The notes under the pieces were generated by a model. It did no database searches and was not told the DNA's origin. It saw only the letters and a program-made list of their open reading frames with translations. From an uncultured Planctomycetia bacterium (GTDB lineage: Bacteria; Omnitrophota; Gorgyraeia; Gorgyraeales; Gorgyraeaceae), in NCBI GenBank assembly GCA_964637815.1, contig CAZWYD010000001.1, positions 1-39,655 on the forward strand: a DNA stretch of 39,655 nucleotides, in the 5' to 3' direction. The translations under genes and the position numbers were made by a program. This document shows, in pieces, positions 7,735 to 17,635 of this stretch (the first letter of the stretch is position 1; every line of letters starts with the position of its first letter).

Positions 7735-8595
7735 ATGTGTGTTAATTTTGTAGCAGAGGTCTCTAGTAATCATAATCAAGATTTAAAACGCAGCTTAAAA
7801 TTTATTGAGACAGCAGCAGCTATTGGCTGCAGTGCAGTAAAATTTCAACTATTTAAGATAGATAAGCTTTTTGCATCAGAGATAATTGAAAAAAGCAAAG
7901 ATATAAAAGCTAGGAAAAAATGGGAGCTTCCTCTTAAATTTGTACCTATTTTATCTAAAAAATGTCACGAGTTAAATCTGAAATTTTCTTGCACACCTTT
8001 TTATACAGAGGCCGTAAAAGAATTACAACAATGCGTAGATTATTATAAGATTGCATCTTATGAGCTTCTCCACAATGATTTGATTGAGGAGTGTGCTAGG
8101 ACTGGTTTCCCTCTTATTCTATCAACAGGAATGGCTACGTTGGATGAGATTGATTCAGCAATAGAATCATTGAGATCCTTGAAAGTGAAAGATGTTACCT
8201 TGCTTCATTGTGTTTCAAGTTATCCGACGCCTGCTGAACAGTGCAATTTGGCTGCAATTAAGATATTGCGAGAGAGATATAAGTGTAAAGTGGGATGGTC
8301 AGATCATACAGCTTCCAGAGCTGTCATATACAGGGCAGTACATAAATGGGGAGCTACCATGGTTGAGTTTCATATGGACCTGGATGGGAAGGGAGTAGAG
8401 TTTTCAGGTAAACACTGCTGGTTACCCGATGATATCAAAGAGGTGATAGAAAATATAAAAATGGGTATTAAGGGAGACGGAATAGCTAAAAAGGCACCTT
8501 TAGCAAGCGAGATTTCCGAAAGAAATTGGCGAGCTGATCCAATAGATGGCTTGCGACCATTGCGAAAAATTAGAAAAAAGTGGAATTTAATATGA
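7735..8595 (+). CDS. NeuB-family nonulosonate (Pse/Leg/Neu-type) synthase homologue lacking the C-terminal SAF domain
   Basis: VAEVSSNHNQDLKRSLKFIETAAAIGCSAVKFQLF matches the NeuB TIM-barrel start. The protein is only 286 aa and ends soon after the barrel, with no SAF-length tail. Its stop overlaps the next ATG (ATGA at 8592-8595). Confidence 0.78.
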   Translation: MCVNFVAEVSSNHNQDLKRSLKFIETAAAIGCSAVKFQLFKIDKLFASEIIEKSKDIKARKKWELPLKFVPILSKKCHELNLKFSCTPFYTEAVKELQQCVDYYKIASYELLHNDLIEECARTGFPLILSTGMATLDEIDSAIESLRSLKVKDVTLLHCVSSYPTPAEQCNLAAIKILRERYKCKVGWSDHTASRAVIYRAVHKWGATMVEFHMDLDGKGVEFSGKHCWLPDDIKEVIENIKMGIKGDGIAKKAPLASEISERNWRADPIDGLRPLRKIRKKWNLI

Positions 8596-9350
8596 AAATT
8601 GGAGCTATTGTTCAAGCACGTTTGAATTCAAAAAGATTACCAAGAAAGGTTTTATTGCATTTGGCAGGAAAGCCAGCATTATGGCATGTTTTAAATAGAT
8701 TGAAGCATTGTAAAAAATTGGATACGGTTATACTCGCTACATCTACTGATAAAGAAGATAGAAAACTAAAAGATGTTGCTGATTTATTAAATATAAATTC
8801 ATTTTTTGGGAGCATTAATGATGTTCTTTCAAGGTACTATTATGCTGCAAAGGAATATAATCTAGATGTGATAGTTCGCATAACAGGTGATTGTCCACTG
8901 ATTGATCCTTCAATTGTAGATGAAATTGTAGAAAATTATAAAAGAGATCAATATGATTACTATGGACTTTCTGGTGATTTTCCAGATGGCCTAGATGTAA
9001 GCGTCTTTAGTTTTAAAGCGCTAGAGATAGCTTTTAAAGAAGCTAAGCTTCCTTCTCAAAGAGAACATGTTGTCATGTTCTTTGAGAAGAACAACGATAG
9101 ATTCAAGCTTGGTTTTTATGAAAAATTTCAAGATAAAGGAGATTATCGCTGGACGTTAGACGAACCCGAAGACTACGAATTTTTAAAGGCTGTTTTTAAT
9201 GAACTTTATAATGAAGAAAAAGTTTTTAACTATGAGGGTATATTTGCATTATTGGAAAGGAAACCAGAATTAATGAAGATAAATAAGCATATTATAAGAA
9301 ACGAGGGATATCTGAAATCATTAGAAGAAGATAAAAGATCCGTAACTTAG
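8592..9350 (+). CDS. SpsF/PseF-like cytidylyltransferase (CMP-nonulosonate synthetase family)
   Basis: MKIGAIVQARLNSKRLPRKVL and ITGDCPLIDP are typical of SpsF-type cytidylyltransferases. The ATG at 8592 is preferred over the track's GTG at 8580 because of the ATGA coupling. Confidence 0.8.
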   Translation: MKIGAIVQARLNSKRLPRKVLLHLAGKPALWHVLNRLKHCKKLDTVILATSTDKEDRKLKDVADLLNINSFFGSINDVLSRYYYAAKEYNLDVIVRITGDCPLIDPSIVDEIVENYKRDQYDYYGLSGDFPDGLDVSVFSFKALEIAFKEAKLPSQREHVVMFFEKNNDRFKLGFYEKFQDKGDYRWTLDEPEDYEFLKAVFNELYNEEKVFNYEGIFALLERKPELMKINKHIIRNEGYLKSLEEDKRSVT

Positions 9351-9364
9351 CGAAAGAAGGATTT

Positions 9365-10675
9365 ATGAAAGGCCCTGATTTATACAAGAAAGCATTAAAG
9401 TTTATACCCGGAGGTACTCAGTTGTATTCAAAGCGTCCAGAATTATATCTACCAGGATCTTGGCCTACTTATTACAAATCTGCAAAGGGTGCTGAGATTA
9501 CAGATTTGGATGGAAATAGATATATCGATATGAGTATTTTCGCTGTTGGTGCATGTGTCCTAGGATATGCGGATAGGGATGTGGATAAAGCAGTGAAAAA
9601 GGCCATTGATAATGGTTCTAGTTCTACTCTGAATTGTCCCGAAGAAGTAAGACTTGCGGAGTTACTTTGTGAATTGCACCCATGGGCAAAGATGGTACGA
9701 TTTTCAAAAGGAGGAGGAGAAGCAGCATCTATTGCTATTCGTATCGCAAGGGCTTATACAAGCAAAGACAAGATTGCCTTTTGCGGTTATCATGGATGGT
9801 GCGATTGGTATTTAGCAGCAAATTTAAGTAGCAAAAAGGCATTGGATGGTCAATTAATGCCGGGCCTTCCTTCTTTGGGAGTACCAAGGGGTTTAAAAGG
9901 GTCAGCTTTTCCATTTAGTTATGGTAGAGTTGATGAATTAGAGGGTATTATAAAAAGACACGGCAAAAAACTTGCGGCTATTATTATGGAGCCCGCAAGG
10001 GATGTGCCAGACAGGAATTTTTTGAAAGATGTCAGGAAGTTAGCTGATTCGATAGGAGCGGTGTTAATATTTGATGAGATTACATCCGGGTTCAGAATGA
10101 ATACAGGAGGGATTCATTTAACCTTAGGGGTTTATCCTGATATGGCTGTATTCGCGAAATCTATGGCAAATGGCTATCCCATAGGGGCAATAATAGGTAA
10201 GAAAAAGATTATGCAGGTGGCTCAATCCACTTTTATTAGTAGCACAAATTGGACAGAGCGTACAGGGTTTGCAGCGTCTATTGCTACAATAAAAAAGTTT
10301 AGAGAGAAAAATGTGGCAACCCATCTTGTAAAAATCGGAAAAAAAATTCAGGATGTGTGGAAGAAGACAGCAGAAGAAACAGGGCTAAAAATTAATGTGT
10401 CAGGGATTCCGCCATTAAGTCATTTTTCATTTGAATATGATAATGAACTTGCGATAGCTACATTCTTTACTCAGGAGATGCTTAAAAGAAGGTTTCTGGC
10501 ATGGACTCAATTCAAATCGTCATATGCCCATAGGGATATACATATAAATAAGTATTCTGATGCAGTCTATGAGACATTTCGCAAAATCAAGAAGGCTATA
10601 GAAAAGAACTATATTGAAAAACGTTTAAAAGACTCGATAGCAAAAAAAGGATTTTATAGGCTTGTTAAAAATTAA
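9365..10675 (+). CDS. Class III aminotransferase, glutamate-1-semialdehyde 2,1-aminomutase-like
   Basis: IPGGTQLYSKRP, DLDGNRYIDM, FDEITSGFR and the PLP-lysine context VFAKSMANGYPIGAIIG fit this class. A GAAGGA RBS lies upstream. Confidence 0.82.
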   Translation: MKGPDLYKKALKFIPGGTQLYSKRPELYLPGSWPTYYKSAKGAEITDLDGNRYIDMSIFAVGACVLGYADRDVDKAVKKAIDNGSSSTLNCPEEVRLAELLCELHPWAKMVRFSKGGGEAASIAIRIARAYTSKDKIAFCGYHGWCDWYLAANLSSKKALDGQLMPGLPSLGVPRGLKGSAFPFSYGRVDELEGIIKRHGKKLAAIIMEPARDVPDRNFLKDVRKLADSIGAVLIFDEITSGFRMNTGGIHLTLGVYPDMAVFAKSMANGYPIGAIIGKKKIMQVAQSTFISSTNWTERTGFAASIATIKKFREKNVATHLVKIGKKIQDVWKKTAEETGLKINVSGIPPLSHFSFEYDNELAIATFFTQEMLKRRFLAWTQFKSSYAHRDIHINKYSDAVYETFRKIKKAIEKNYIEKRLKDSIAKKGFYRLVKN

Positions 10676-10676
10676 A

Positions 10677-11600
10677 ATGGAATATCGAGAATTAGGTAAA
10701 ACAGGACTAAAGGTTAGCATGATTGGGTTTGGCTCAGCTGGGTTAGTGATGGATTATGGAGTAAATGTCCCAGGAGAGAAAGCTAGGTTAGATAAAAAGC
10801 ATGTGCAAAGTTTAATCGGCAAGGCACTTGATAGTGGCATTAATTTGTTTGATACGGCGCCTTCTTATGGAGAAAGTGAAAAACTATTAGGTTCTAATAT
10901 TCGCTCAAGAGATTGTTATATTGCGACAAAGGTGAATATATCCAGAGGGGACGAAGATTGCGTTAAGTCTATTAGGACATCAATAGAGAATAGTCTAAAG
11001 AATTTAAAAAGAGAATATCTAGATATTCTCCAAATTCACAACGCGACAGTTGAGGATATAAGACGTTTTGAGATCATGGATATCTTAGTAAGACTGAAAA
11101 AAGAGGGCTTGATTAGATTTATAGGTGCCTCAGTATATGAGCCAGAGAATGCTACGGCAGTGATCAGGGCAGGATATTTTGATGTATTGCAGATTGCATA
11201 TAATCTTCTTGATCAAAGGATGGGCGAAAGCGTATTAGATAATGCAAGAGCTCAAGGTGTTGGGATTTTAGGCCGTTCAGTATACCTGAAAGGCGTATTA
11301 ACAGAAAGAGTGAAATATTTTCCTGAAAACTGCTCAGTGTTAAAGAAAGCAGCTGAAGATATAAAAACGCGGATGGAATTAAGTTCATGGAATGAGTTAT
11401 CTCATTTTGCTATAAGATTTGCTTTGTCAAATCCTCGTATTGGTTCTGTGCTTTTAGGTGTTCGCAGCAACATTGAATTAAGCCTTGCAATTGCTGCTAT
11501 TGAGGCAGGAGTGTTAGCCGATCATGAACTAGAAACATCTTATTTTCTTAGAATGGATGATAGATTTTGGCTCAATCCTTCTAATTGGGGCATTGATTGA
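10677..11600 (+). CDS. Aldo/keto reductase
   Basis: MEYRELGKTGLKVSMIGFG, FDTAPSYGESEKLLG, LDILQIHN and IGASVYE are classic AKR motifs. I prefer the ATG at 10677, just after the upstream stop, over the track's TTG at 10662. Confidence 0.85.
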   Translation: MEYRELGKTGLKVSMIGFGSAGLVMDYGVNVPGEKARLDKKHVQSLIGKALDSGINLFDTAPSYGESEKLLGSNIRSRDCYIATKVNISRGDEDCVKSIRTSIENSLKNLKREYLDILQIHNATVEDIRRFEIMDILVRLKKEGLIRFIGASVYEPENATAVIRAGYFDVLQIAYNLLDQRMGESVLDNARAQGVGILGRSVYLKGVLTERVKYFPENCSVLKKAAEDIKTRMELSSWNELSHFAIRFALSNPRIGSVLLGVRSNIELSLAIAAIEAGVLADHELETSYFLRMDDRFWLNPSNWGID

Positions 11601-11602
11601 TT

Positions 11603-12634
11603 ATGAAAATAGTATTTCGCTGTGATGCATCTTTTGATATTGGATTAGGTCATTTGGTAAGATCTTTGGCCTTAATAGAAGAACTTGTCTCGCGTAATCA
11701 TGTTATCCTAGCAACAATCGAAGATGGAGCAAAGCCATATATTAGCAAGAGGGTTAATGAATTTGATACATTTTTTAAAGAAAAAAATGAAGGAGAAGAG
11801 GAGTTTTTAAGGCGCATAAAGGTTATTTTGAAGCCTAACGTTGTTGTTATAGATAAAAAATATCCCTATAGCTCAGAATTTCTGAATCAGTTAAAAGGAG
11901 AGAATATCAAGATTATAATGATAGACAATATCTGTGAAGGACTTTGTGCTTCAGATGAGATCATATTTCCTACAGCGCATCTTGATAAGACCCTGTTAGA
12001 AAAATATTTATCACAGGAGAAGATTGATAGTGTGAAGACAGGGTTTGAATATATAATCTTACGCAAAGAGGTCTTGGCATTAAAAGATAAAACCCAGCCT
12101 GGTTTACATACATCGTCGAGAGTTGTCGTGACTACTGGTGGTACTGATCCTGAAGGCGTTTTACTCAAGTTGATTCCTTGGATAAAGGACATGGCTTTAG
12201 ATGCTAGAATCTTGTTATTACTTGGTCAGTCGTTCAGATTTAGAAATGAACTTAAGCACTTGGTAACTGATTTGCCAAACAATATTCACCTTATGTCATA
12301 TTCTTTAAAGGAGGTTATAAAAGGAGATATAGCAATCTGTACTTTTGGTGTGAGTGTATATGAAATGATTTACCTTGGCATACCAACTATATGTATCTCA
12401 CACAATATCGAAAATGCAGATGGTGCGAGGATGTTAAAGAAAAGATGCGGTGTTATAGAAAATCTTGGTTATGTCGAGGATATTAGTGTTCAGAGTTTAC
12501 ATTCAGCAGTCATAAAATTGTTATCTGACAGAATGCTTTGTCGCAATATTTTCGAGAAGTCCCGTAATTTAATAGATGGTAGAGGCATAAAGAGGATTAG
12601 TCAGATAATTACAAGGGCTAGATTATATGTCTAA
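11603..12634 (+). CDS. pseG: PseG/SpsG-like UDP-sugar hydrolase (GT-B, GT28 C-terminal-like)
   Basis: KIVFRCDASFDIGLGHLVRSLALIEEL is the typical PseG N-terminus, and VVVTTGGTDPEG lies at mid-protein. The ATG at 11603 is preferred over the TTG at 11597. Confidence 0.7.
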   Translation: MKIVFRCDASFDIGLGHLVRSLALIEELVSRNHVILATIEDGAKPYISKRVNEFDTFFKEKNEGEEEFLRRIKVILKPNVVVIDKKYPYSSEFLNQLKGENIKIIMIDNICEGLCASDEIIFPTAHLDKTLLEKYLSQEKIDSVKTGFEYIILRKEVLALKDKTQPGLHTSSRVVVTTGGTDPEGVLLKLIPWIKDMALDARILLLLGQSFRFRNELKHLVTDLPNNIHLMSYSLKEVIKGDIAICTFGVSVYEMIYLGIPTICISHNIENADGARMLKKRCGVIENLGYVEDISVQSLHSAVIKLLSDRMLCRNIFEKSRNLIDGRGIKRISQIITRARLYV

Positions 12635-13565
12635 AACTAAAGCTTTTGTCTATCCACCTACAGGCTTGGAACATTATGGTAGCTTAGTAGATTCTATAGA
12701 TGGCTTCGACGTAATTGAATGCGAGTGTTGTGGATTTAAGCATATTATTCCTATCCCGACGCCACAGAAATTAGATGATTTATACAAGGATAGATTTTAT
12801 TCAACCGAGAAGCCTAGATATTTTAAGGAAGCAGAAGAGGATATAGAATGGTGGGAGATGACATACCGCAATTATTACAAATTATTTGAAAGTCATCTTT
12901 CAAAAAACAGCAGGAGATTGCTTGAAGTTGGGTCAGGCCCTGGGTATTTTTTGAAATGCGGCAAAGAATTAGGATGGTCTGTGGTTGGATTTGAACCATC
13001 AAAACAGGCGTATGAGTATTCTCAGAGATTTGATGTAGAAGTTATAAACAAATTTTTTGACAAAAGAGTCACAACTGATCATGACAAGTTTGATGTTGTA
13101 TATATGAATATGGTTATTGAGCATCTGCCAGATCCATTGTCGTTGATCAAGGCTGTAAAAGAAGCATTAAGGCCTGATGGAATTATTTGCATTATTGCAC
13201 CCAATGATTATAATCCTTTGCAAAAGATTGCCAGGAATGATTTATGTTGCGAATCATGGTGGATAGCCCCACCGCAACATATAAATTATTTTGATTTTGA
13301 ATCAATTGCAAGATTTCTTGGAAAGGCTGATTTCGATATTGTAGAGTCTATGGCAACTTTTCCCATGGAGTTCTTTTTATTGAGTGGGGACAATTATTTG
13401 AGCAATAATGAAGTAGGTAGAGAATGTCATTCCAGACGCAAGATGTTCGAGGTAAATATGTATAAAAATGAAGCGGAATATTTGAACAAGGTCTATAGAG
13501 ATTTGGCTTCTAATGGTATAGGAAGAGAATTTCTGATTATCGGAAGGCTGCGTAATAATGGATAA
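12627..13565 (+). CDS. Class I SAM-dependent methyltransferase
   Basis: It carries SAM motif I (LLEVGSGPGYFL), the acidic loop VVGFEPS and post-motif VVYMNMVIEHLPDP...LRPDGIICIIAPN. A CxCC cluster sits near the N-terminus. It overlaps the upstream gene by 8 nt. Confidence 0.82.
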   Translation: MSKTKAFVYPPTGLEHYGSLVDSIDGFDVIECECCGFKHIIPIPTPQKLDDLYKDRFYSTEKPRYFKEAEEDIEWWEMTYRNYYKLFESHLSKNSRRLLEVGSGPGYFLKCGKELGWSVVGFEPSKQAYEYSQRFDVEVINKFFDKRVTTDHDKFDVVYMNMVIEHLPDPLSLIKAVKEALRPDGIICIIAPNDYNPLQKIARNDLCCESWWIAPPQHINYFDFESIARFLGKADFDIVESMATFPMEFFLLSGDNYLSNNEVGRECHSRRKMFEVNMYKNEAEYLNKVYRDLASNGIGREFLIIGRLRNNG

Positions 13566-13590
13566 TAGATTTTAGAATTGGAGCGAAGGA

Positions 13591-15153
13591 ATGAAGAATA
13601 CAGTTGTTTTATTTAAGCCAAGGACATATCCTAAGGGTTCCCGCAACGATAGAATGACCCCTGTGCATTTACCGCTGGGTTTATTGACAGTAGCATCTCC
13701 TTTAGTCAGGGATGGTTATCGCGTTGTTGTATATGATGAAAATTTTGAGGAAGATATTAAAACTAAACTACAGGTCTTAAAAGACGATATTATCGCGATT
13801 GGAATAACAGCCCAGACAGGGTATGAGATTGTGGGTGGGGTAAGGATGTCAAAATATGCTAAAGAGACGTTAAAGGTTCCTACTATATGGGGAGGTTGGC
13901 ATCCTTCGACTGTACCACGCCAGACAGCAGAAAACATATACGTAGATTTCGTTGTGAAGGGCGCAGGGCAGCAGACTTTATTAGATTTGATAAAGGCTAT
14001 AAATAATGACCTGTCTTTTAAGGATATCGAAAGTATACTGTATAAAAAAAATGGTAATATCTTTGAGAATCGCACCAGGAGGTTAATGGATATAAACAAC
14101 TATCCTTTGCCTAGTTATGATCTTGTTGATGTGGAGAAATATATTCAAGACGGGTGCAATAAAGGTACGGGTATATCAAACGATGTCCATTTTAAAAAAG
14201 AAAGAATGCTTATGTATGTTACAAGCTATGGATGTGTACATAGATGCAGGTATTGCGCAGCTACCAGTGTATTTAATCGCCAGATAACACTTTTAAAGGC
14301 CGAAACAGTAGGAGAACAGTTAGAGTCTCTTGTAAAAAAATATAATATCCAAACCATATTTTTTATTGATTCCAATTTCTTTGCTAGCGCAGAAAGGGTT
14401 AAAAAGATATGCAATGAGATTTTAAAAAGAAGACTAAATATTAAATATGTAGCAGATCCACGCGTGGATCACATAATGAGATGGGATGGCAGTGTGCTTC
14501 CGCTGTTGAAAAAGAGTGGCTGTGTATGGTTAGGTGTTGGCTCAGAATCAGGCTCTCAGAATATTTTAGATTATATGCAGAAGGACATAAAGGCTTCTGA
14601 TATCATGAAGGCAGCAAGAAAGGTTCTTGCTGCAGGCATAGACGTGACTTTCTTTTTTATGTTTGCCATGCCAATGAACGAATCAAAAAAGGATCTTTTT
14701 GAGTCTTTAAAACTTGCAGCTCAATTGAAAGAGTTGTATCCAAAAATTTTACTCCCAATGTATTTTTATGACCCATTTCCAAGCACGCCTATGTACTATG
14801 ATGCAGTAAAAAGTGGATTTAGAGAGCCTAACTCTCTTGAAGAATGGGGACATCGCATACCTGATGTTATAGACAAAAACCCTTTAACTCCTTATGTAAG
14901 CGATAGATATGTGGATATGGTTAAAAGAGTTATAATCTTTTATCTGCCATTGACATATCCCGCAGATATGGTTTTGGGTACATTAACGCATATTAAAACA
15001 CAGATGAAAAAAGGAAGATATAAATATCTTCTTAGGTTTTTACATGTATTGGCCCGGATTAGAACAAGGCACCAATTTTATTATATCCCTGTTGAATGGA
15101 TGGTATTCAAATTTGTCCAGAAACTAATGCCACATAGGATATATAAGAAATAA
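13591..15153 (+). CDS. B12-binding-domain radical SAM protein (class B-like) no. 1
   Basis: The N-terminal Rossmann/B12-like region is VVLFKP...LPLGLLTVASPL...IGITAQTG...IWGGWHPS. The CxxxCxxC cluster CVHRCRYC is at nt 14233-14256. A GGAGCGAAGGA RBS lies upstream. Confidence 0.85.
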   Translation: MKNTVVLFKPRTYPKGSRNDRMTPVHLPLGLLTVASPLVRDGYRVVVYDENFEEDIKTKLQVLKDDIIAIGITAQTGYEIVGGVRMSKYAKETLKVPTIWGGWHPSTVPRQTAENIYVDFVVKGAGQQTLLDLIKAINNDLSFKDIESILYKKNGNIFENRTRRLMDINNYPLPSYDLVDVEKYIQDGCNKGTGISNDVHFKKERMLMYVTSYGCVHRCRYCAATSVFNRQITLLKAETVGEQLESLVKKYNIQTIFFIDSNFFASAERVKKICNEILKRRLNIKYVADPRVDHIMRWDGSVLPLLKKSGCVWLGVGSESGSQNILDYMQKDIKASDIMKAARKVLAAGIDVTFFFMFAMPMNESKKDLFESLKLAAQLKELYPKILLPMYFYDPFPSTPMYYDAVKSGFREPNSLEEWGHRIPDVIDKNPLTPYVSDRYVDMVKRVIIFYLPLTYPADMVLGTLTHIKTQMKKGRYKYLLRFLHVLARIRTRHQFYYIPVEWMVFKFVQKLMPHRIYKK

Positions 15154-15173
15154 TCCAAAGGAGGAAACAAGTA

Positions 15174-16382
15174 ATGGGTTATAGATGTGTTATGTGTGAT
15201 TGTAAGGATTGCAAGAAGATTACGAATGTTAAGCTTGTAAAGCTTAATTATTTGTCAACCAAAGATAGGATAGATACAGAAGAAAAGAGTCATATAATGT
15301 GTCCAGCTTGCGGATTTATATCAATATACCCAAGGTATACTAAAGAGGCGTTAAAGACTTATTATAAAGATATACCTACCTCTCAATTTGATGATGATGT
15401 CTTGAAAAATTATACACATCTTTTTTATAGAAAGACCATAGATCATCTTGACGGTATTGTGGGGTTAAAAGGAAAAACGGTTTTTGATGTGGGTGCGTCG
15501 CAAGGGCTATTGCTAAAGATGATAAAAGATAGCTTTGGTTGCGATGTCAATGGATTAGAGCCCAGTCAGAAGTGCGTGAAATTCGCAAAGAAGGAACTAG
15601 GGATTGAGCTAGTCAATAAAATGCTAGAGGATATCGATATTGAGAAGGGCGAATTTTTATATTTAAAGGAAGGTTTCGATGTTGTTTTAAGCTTACATGT
15701 TCTAGATCTTGTATCTGACCCAAAGGGATTTTTAGAGTCTTTAATTAAGTTGACAAAACCAGGAGGCTATATATATGTTGATGTGCCATCTTGGTTTGTC
15801 GAACGCTATCCTAATCCACGCTATGGAAATACCCTTTGTGCTATACACCATAATCATTTTAGCCCCACTTCTATAATAAAGTTTTTTGAAAAGGAGAATT
15901 GCATAACGCTTGCAGCTTATACTGAATTATCAGAAACTAATTACCCCACACAGCGATTTTTGCTTAGGAAGTTGAATTATATTGAAGGGATAGAGAGCGA
16001 ATTTGTGAAATATTTTGAGTCTAGACATAATAATAATTATGAAAGGGCATTCTCTAAAGTTTTAAACTATCTCGGGCAATTTAAAAGAATAGTATTTTAT
16101 GGTGGCGGAGAAGACTTGTTTCGTTTTATTGAGACCCATAGAGATTTTTTTGAGAAGAATAAGGGTAGATTTCAATGTGTTGACTATAATGAGAATAAGA
16201 TTGGGAAGAATCTGTTGATGTTGAAGATAGAGCCTGTGAAGGGATGTCTCTTGGCTCCTAAAGATACAGTTGTCTTGAGTACCTCTACAAGCCAGATGGT
16301 CCAACGCCATATAAAATCGGATTTTGATAAGCTGAACACAAATTTAAAATTCGATAATTTGTTTTCGGACGTAGCGTTTTAA
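15174..16382 (+). CDS. Zn-ribbon / class I SAM methyltransferase with C-terminal Rossmann-like (C-methyltransferase-C-like) module
   Basis: It has Cys clusters CVMCDCKDC...CPAC and SAM motif VFDVGASQGLLL, plus LTKPGGYIYVDVPS. The C-terminal module is RIVFYGGGEDLF...CVDYNENKIGKNL. A strong AAAGGAGG RBS lies upstream. Confidence 0.8.
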   Translation: MGYRCVMCDCKDCKKITNVKLVKLNYLSTKDRIDTEEKSHIMCPACGFISIYPRYTKEALKTYYKDIPTSQFDDDVLKNYTHLFYRKTIDHLDGIVGLKGKTVFDVGASQGLLLKMIKDSFGCDVNGLEPSQKCVKFAKKELGIELVNKMLEDIDIEKGEFLYLKEGFDVVLSLHVLDLVSDPKGFLESLIKLTKPGGYIYVDVPSWFVERYPNPRYGNTLCAIHHNHFSPTSIIKFFEKENCITLAAYTELSETNYPTQRFLLRKLNYIEGIESEFVKYFESRHNNNYERAFSKVLNYLGQFKRIVFYGGGEDLFRFIETHRDFFEKNKGRFQCVDYNENKIGKNLLMLKIEPVKGCLLAPKDTVVLSTSTSQMVQRHIKSDFDKLNTNLKFDNLFSDVAF

Positions 16383-16397
16383 TAAGGGTGACCTCAA

Positions 16398-17630
16398 ATG
16401 AGAAAAAATGTTTTGATTGTCGGCGCAGGAATAAATCAATTGCCTTTGATAAAATTAGCAAAACGTAAAGGGCTGTATTTTGCGGTAGCGGATTTAAATC
16501 CCGATGCAATAGGGGCAAAATATGCGGATCGTTTTTATAATATCAGTACTAGCGATATTCAGGGGATGGTGCAACTGGCAAAGAAATTGGATGAAGAGAT
16601 AGGACTTGATGGAGTCACAAGTATGGCAGCGGAAGTTTCAAAGACTATCTCTGAGGTGGCAGAAGAGCTGGGATTACCTGCTATTAGCAATGAAACTGCA
16701 GAGGTCACGACTAATAAGTTAAAAAGGTACGAGCGGTTACGCAAATGTGGCATCTCTATCCCGAGATTCTATCCTGTCAAGAACAGGAAAGAAATTATGT
16801 CAGCTATAAAAGATCTGGGCTTACCAGTTGTTATAAAGCCGGTTGATAGCGCTGGCGCAAGAGGCGTCCAGAAGATATTTGATGTGGCAATGATTGATGT
16901 AGCGTTGAGGGAGATTAAGAAATATTCAAAAGCAGACGTGTTTATTATAGAAGAATTTTTACAAGGGACTGAGCATAGTTCAGAATCGATAGTTATTGAT
17001 AACGAGATATACACTACCGGGTTCTCAGACCGTAACTATGACAAGAAAGAGATAAACCCGCCTTATTTTTTAGAAGACGGAGATAGCTTGCCGACAGCCT
17101 TGCCGGATAACGTATATGAAGATACTCTGCAATTGGTTAAGGAAGCCATAAAGGCGCTTGGTATAAATTTTGGCCCTGCGAAAGGCGATATCTTTATTGA
17201 TAAAAAAGGCCCTAAGGTTTTGGAGATGGCTTCAAGGTTAAGCGGAGATTATTTTTGCTGGGAGACAGTACCTTTGCATAATGGGACGGATATTTTAAAC
17301 GTTTTGCTTGATATAGCAGTGAGCAACAAACCAGATGTAAGTTTATTGAGTCCGAAATTCAATCGAGGCGTTGCGTTACGTTATTTTTTTCCAAAAAAAT
17401 CAGGGAGAATAAAGTCAATAAAAGGCGTAGATGAGGTGAAGCATATGGAAGGGGTTTATTTCTTTAAATGGGAGCCTGCATATGAAAACATCGATGTTGG
17501 AAAAGAAATCAGAATCCCTACATGCCATGCTGAAAGAGTGGGCTGTGTTATGACGCATGCTGATACAAGGGAAAAGGCTGTCAGGATAGCAGAAAAGGCA
17601 GTTAGTGCAATAACCATAGAGGTGGAGTAA
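16398..17630 (+). CDS. ATP-grasp carboxylate-amine ligase
   Basis: VLIVGAGINQLPLI, the grasp core LGLPVVIKPVDSAGARGV, FIIEEFLQGTEHS and KVLEMASRLSGD resemble PurK or L-amino-acid-ligase type ATP-grasp enzymes. Confidence 0.8.
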   Translation: MRKNVLIVGAGINQLPLIKLAKRKGLYFAVADLNPDAIGAKYADRFYNISTSDIQGMVQLAKKLDEEIGLDGVTSMAAEVSKTISEVAEELGLPAISNETAEVTTNKLKRYERLRKCGISIPRFYPVKNRKEIMSAIKDLGLPVVIKPVDSAGARGVQKIFDVAMIDVALREIKKYSKADVFIIEEFLQGTEHSSESIVIDNEIYTTGFSDRNYDKKEINPPYFLEDGDSLPTALPDNVYEDTLQLVKEAIKALGINFGPAKGDIFIDKKGPKVLEMASRLSGDYFCWETVPLHNGTDILNVLLDIAVSNKPDVSLLSPKFNRGVALRYFFPKKSGRIKSIKGVDEVKHMEGVYFFKWEPAYENIDVGKEIRIPTCHAERVGCVMTHADTREKAVRIAEKAVSAITIEVE

Positions 17631-17635
17631 ATAAT

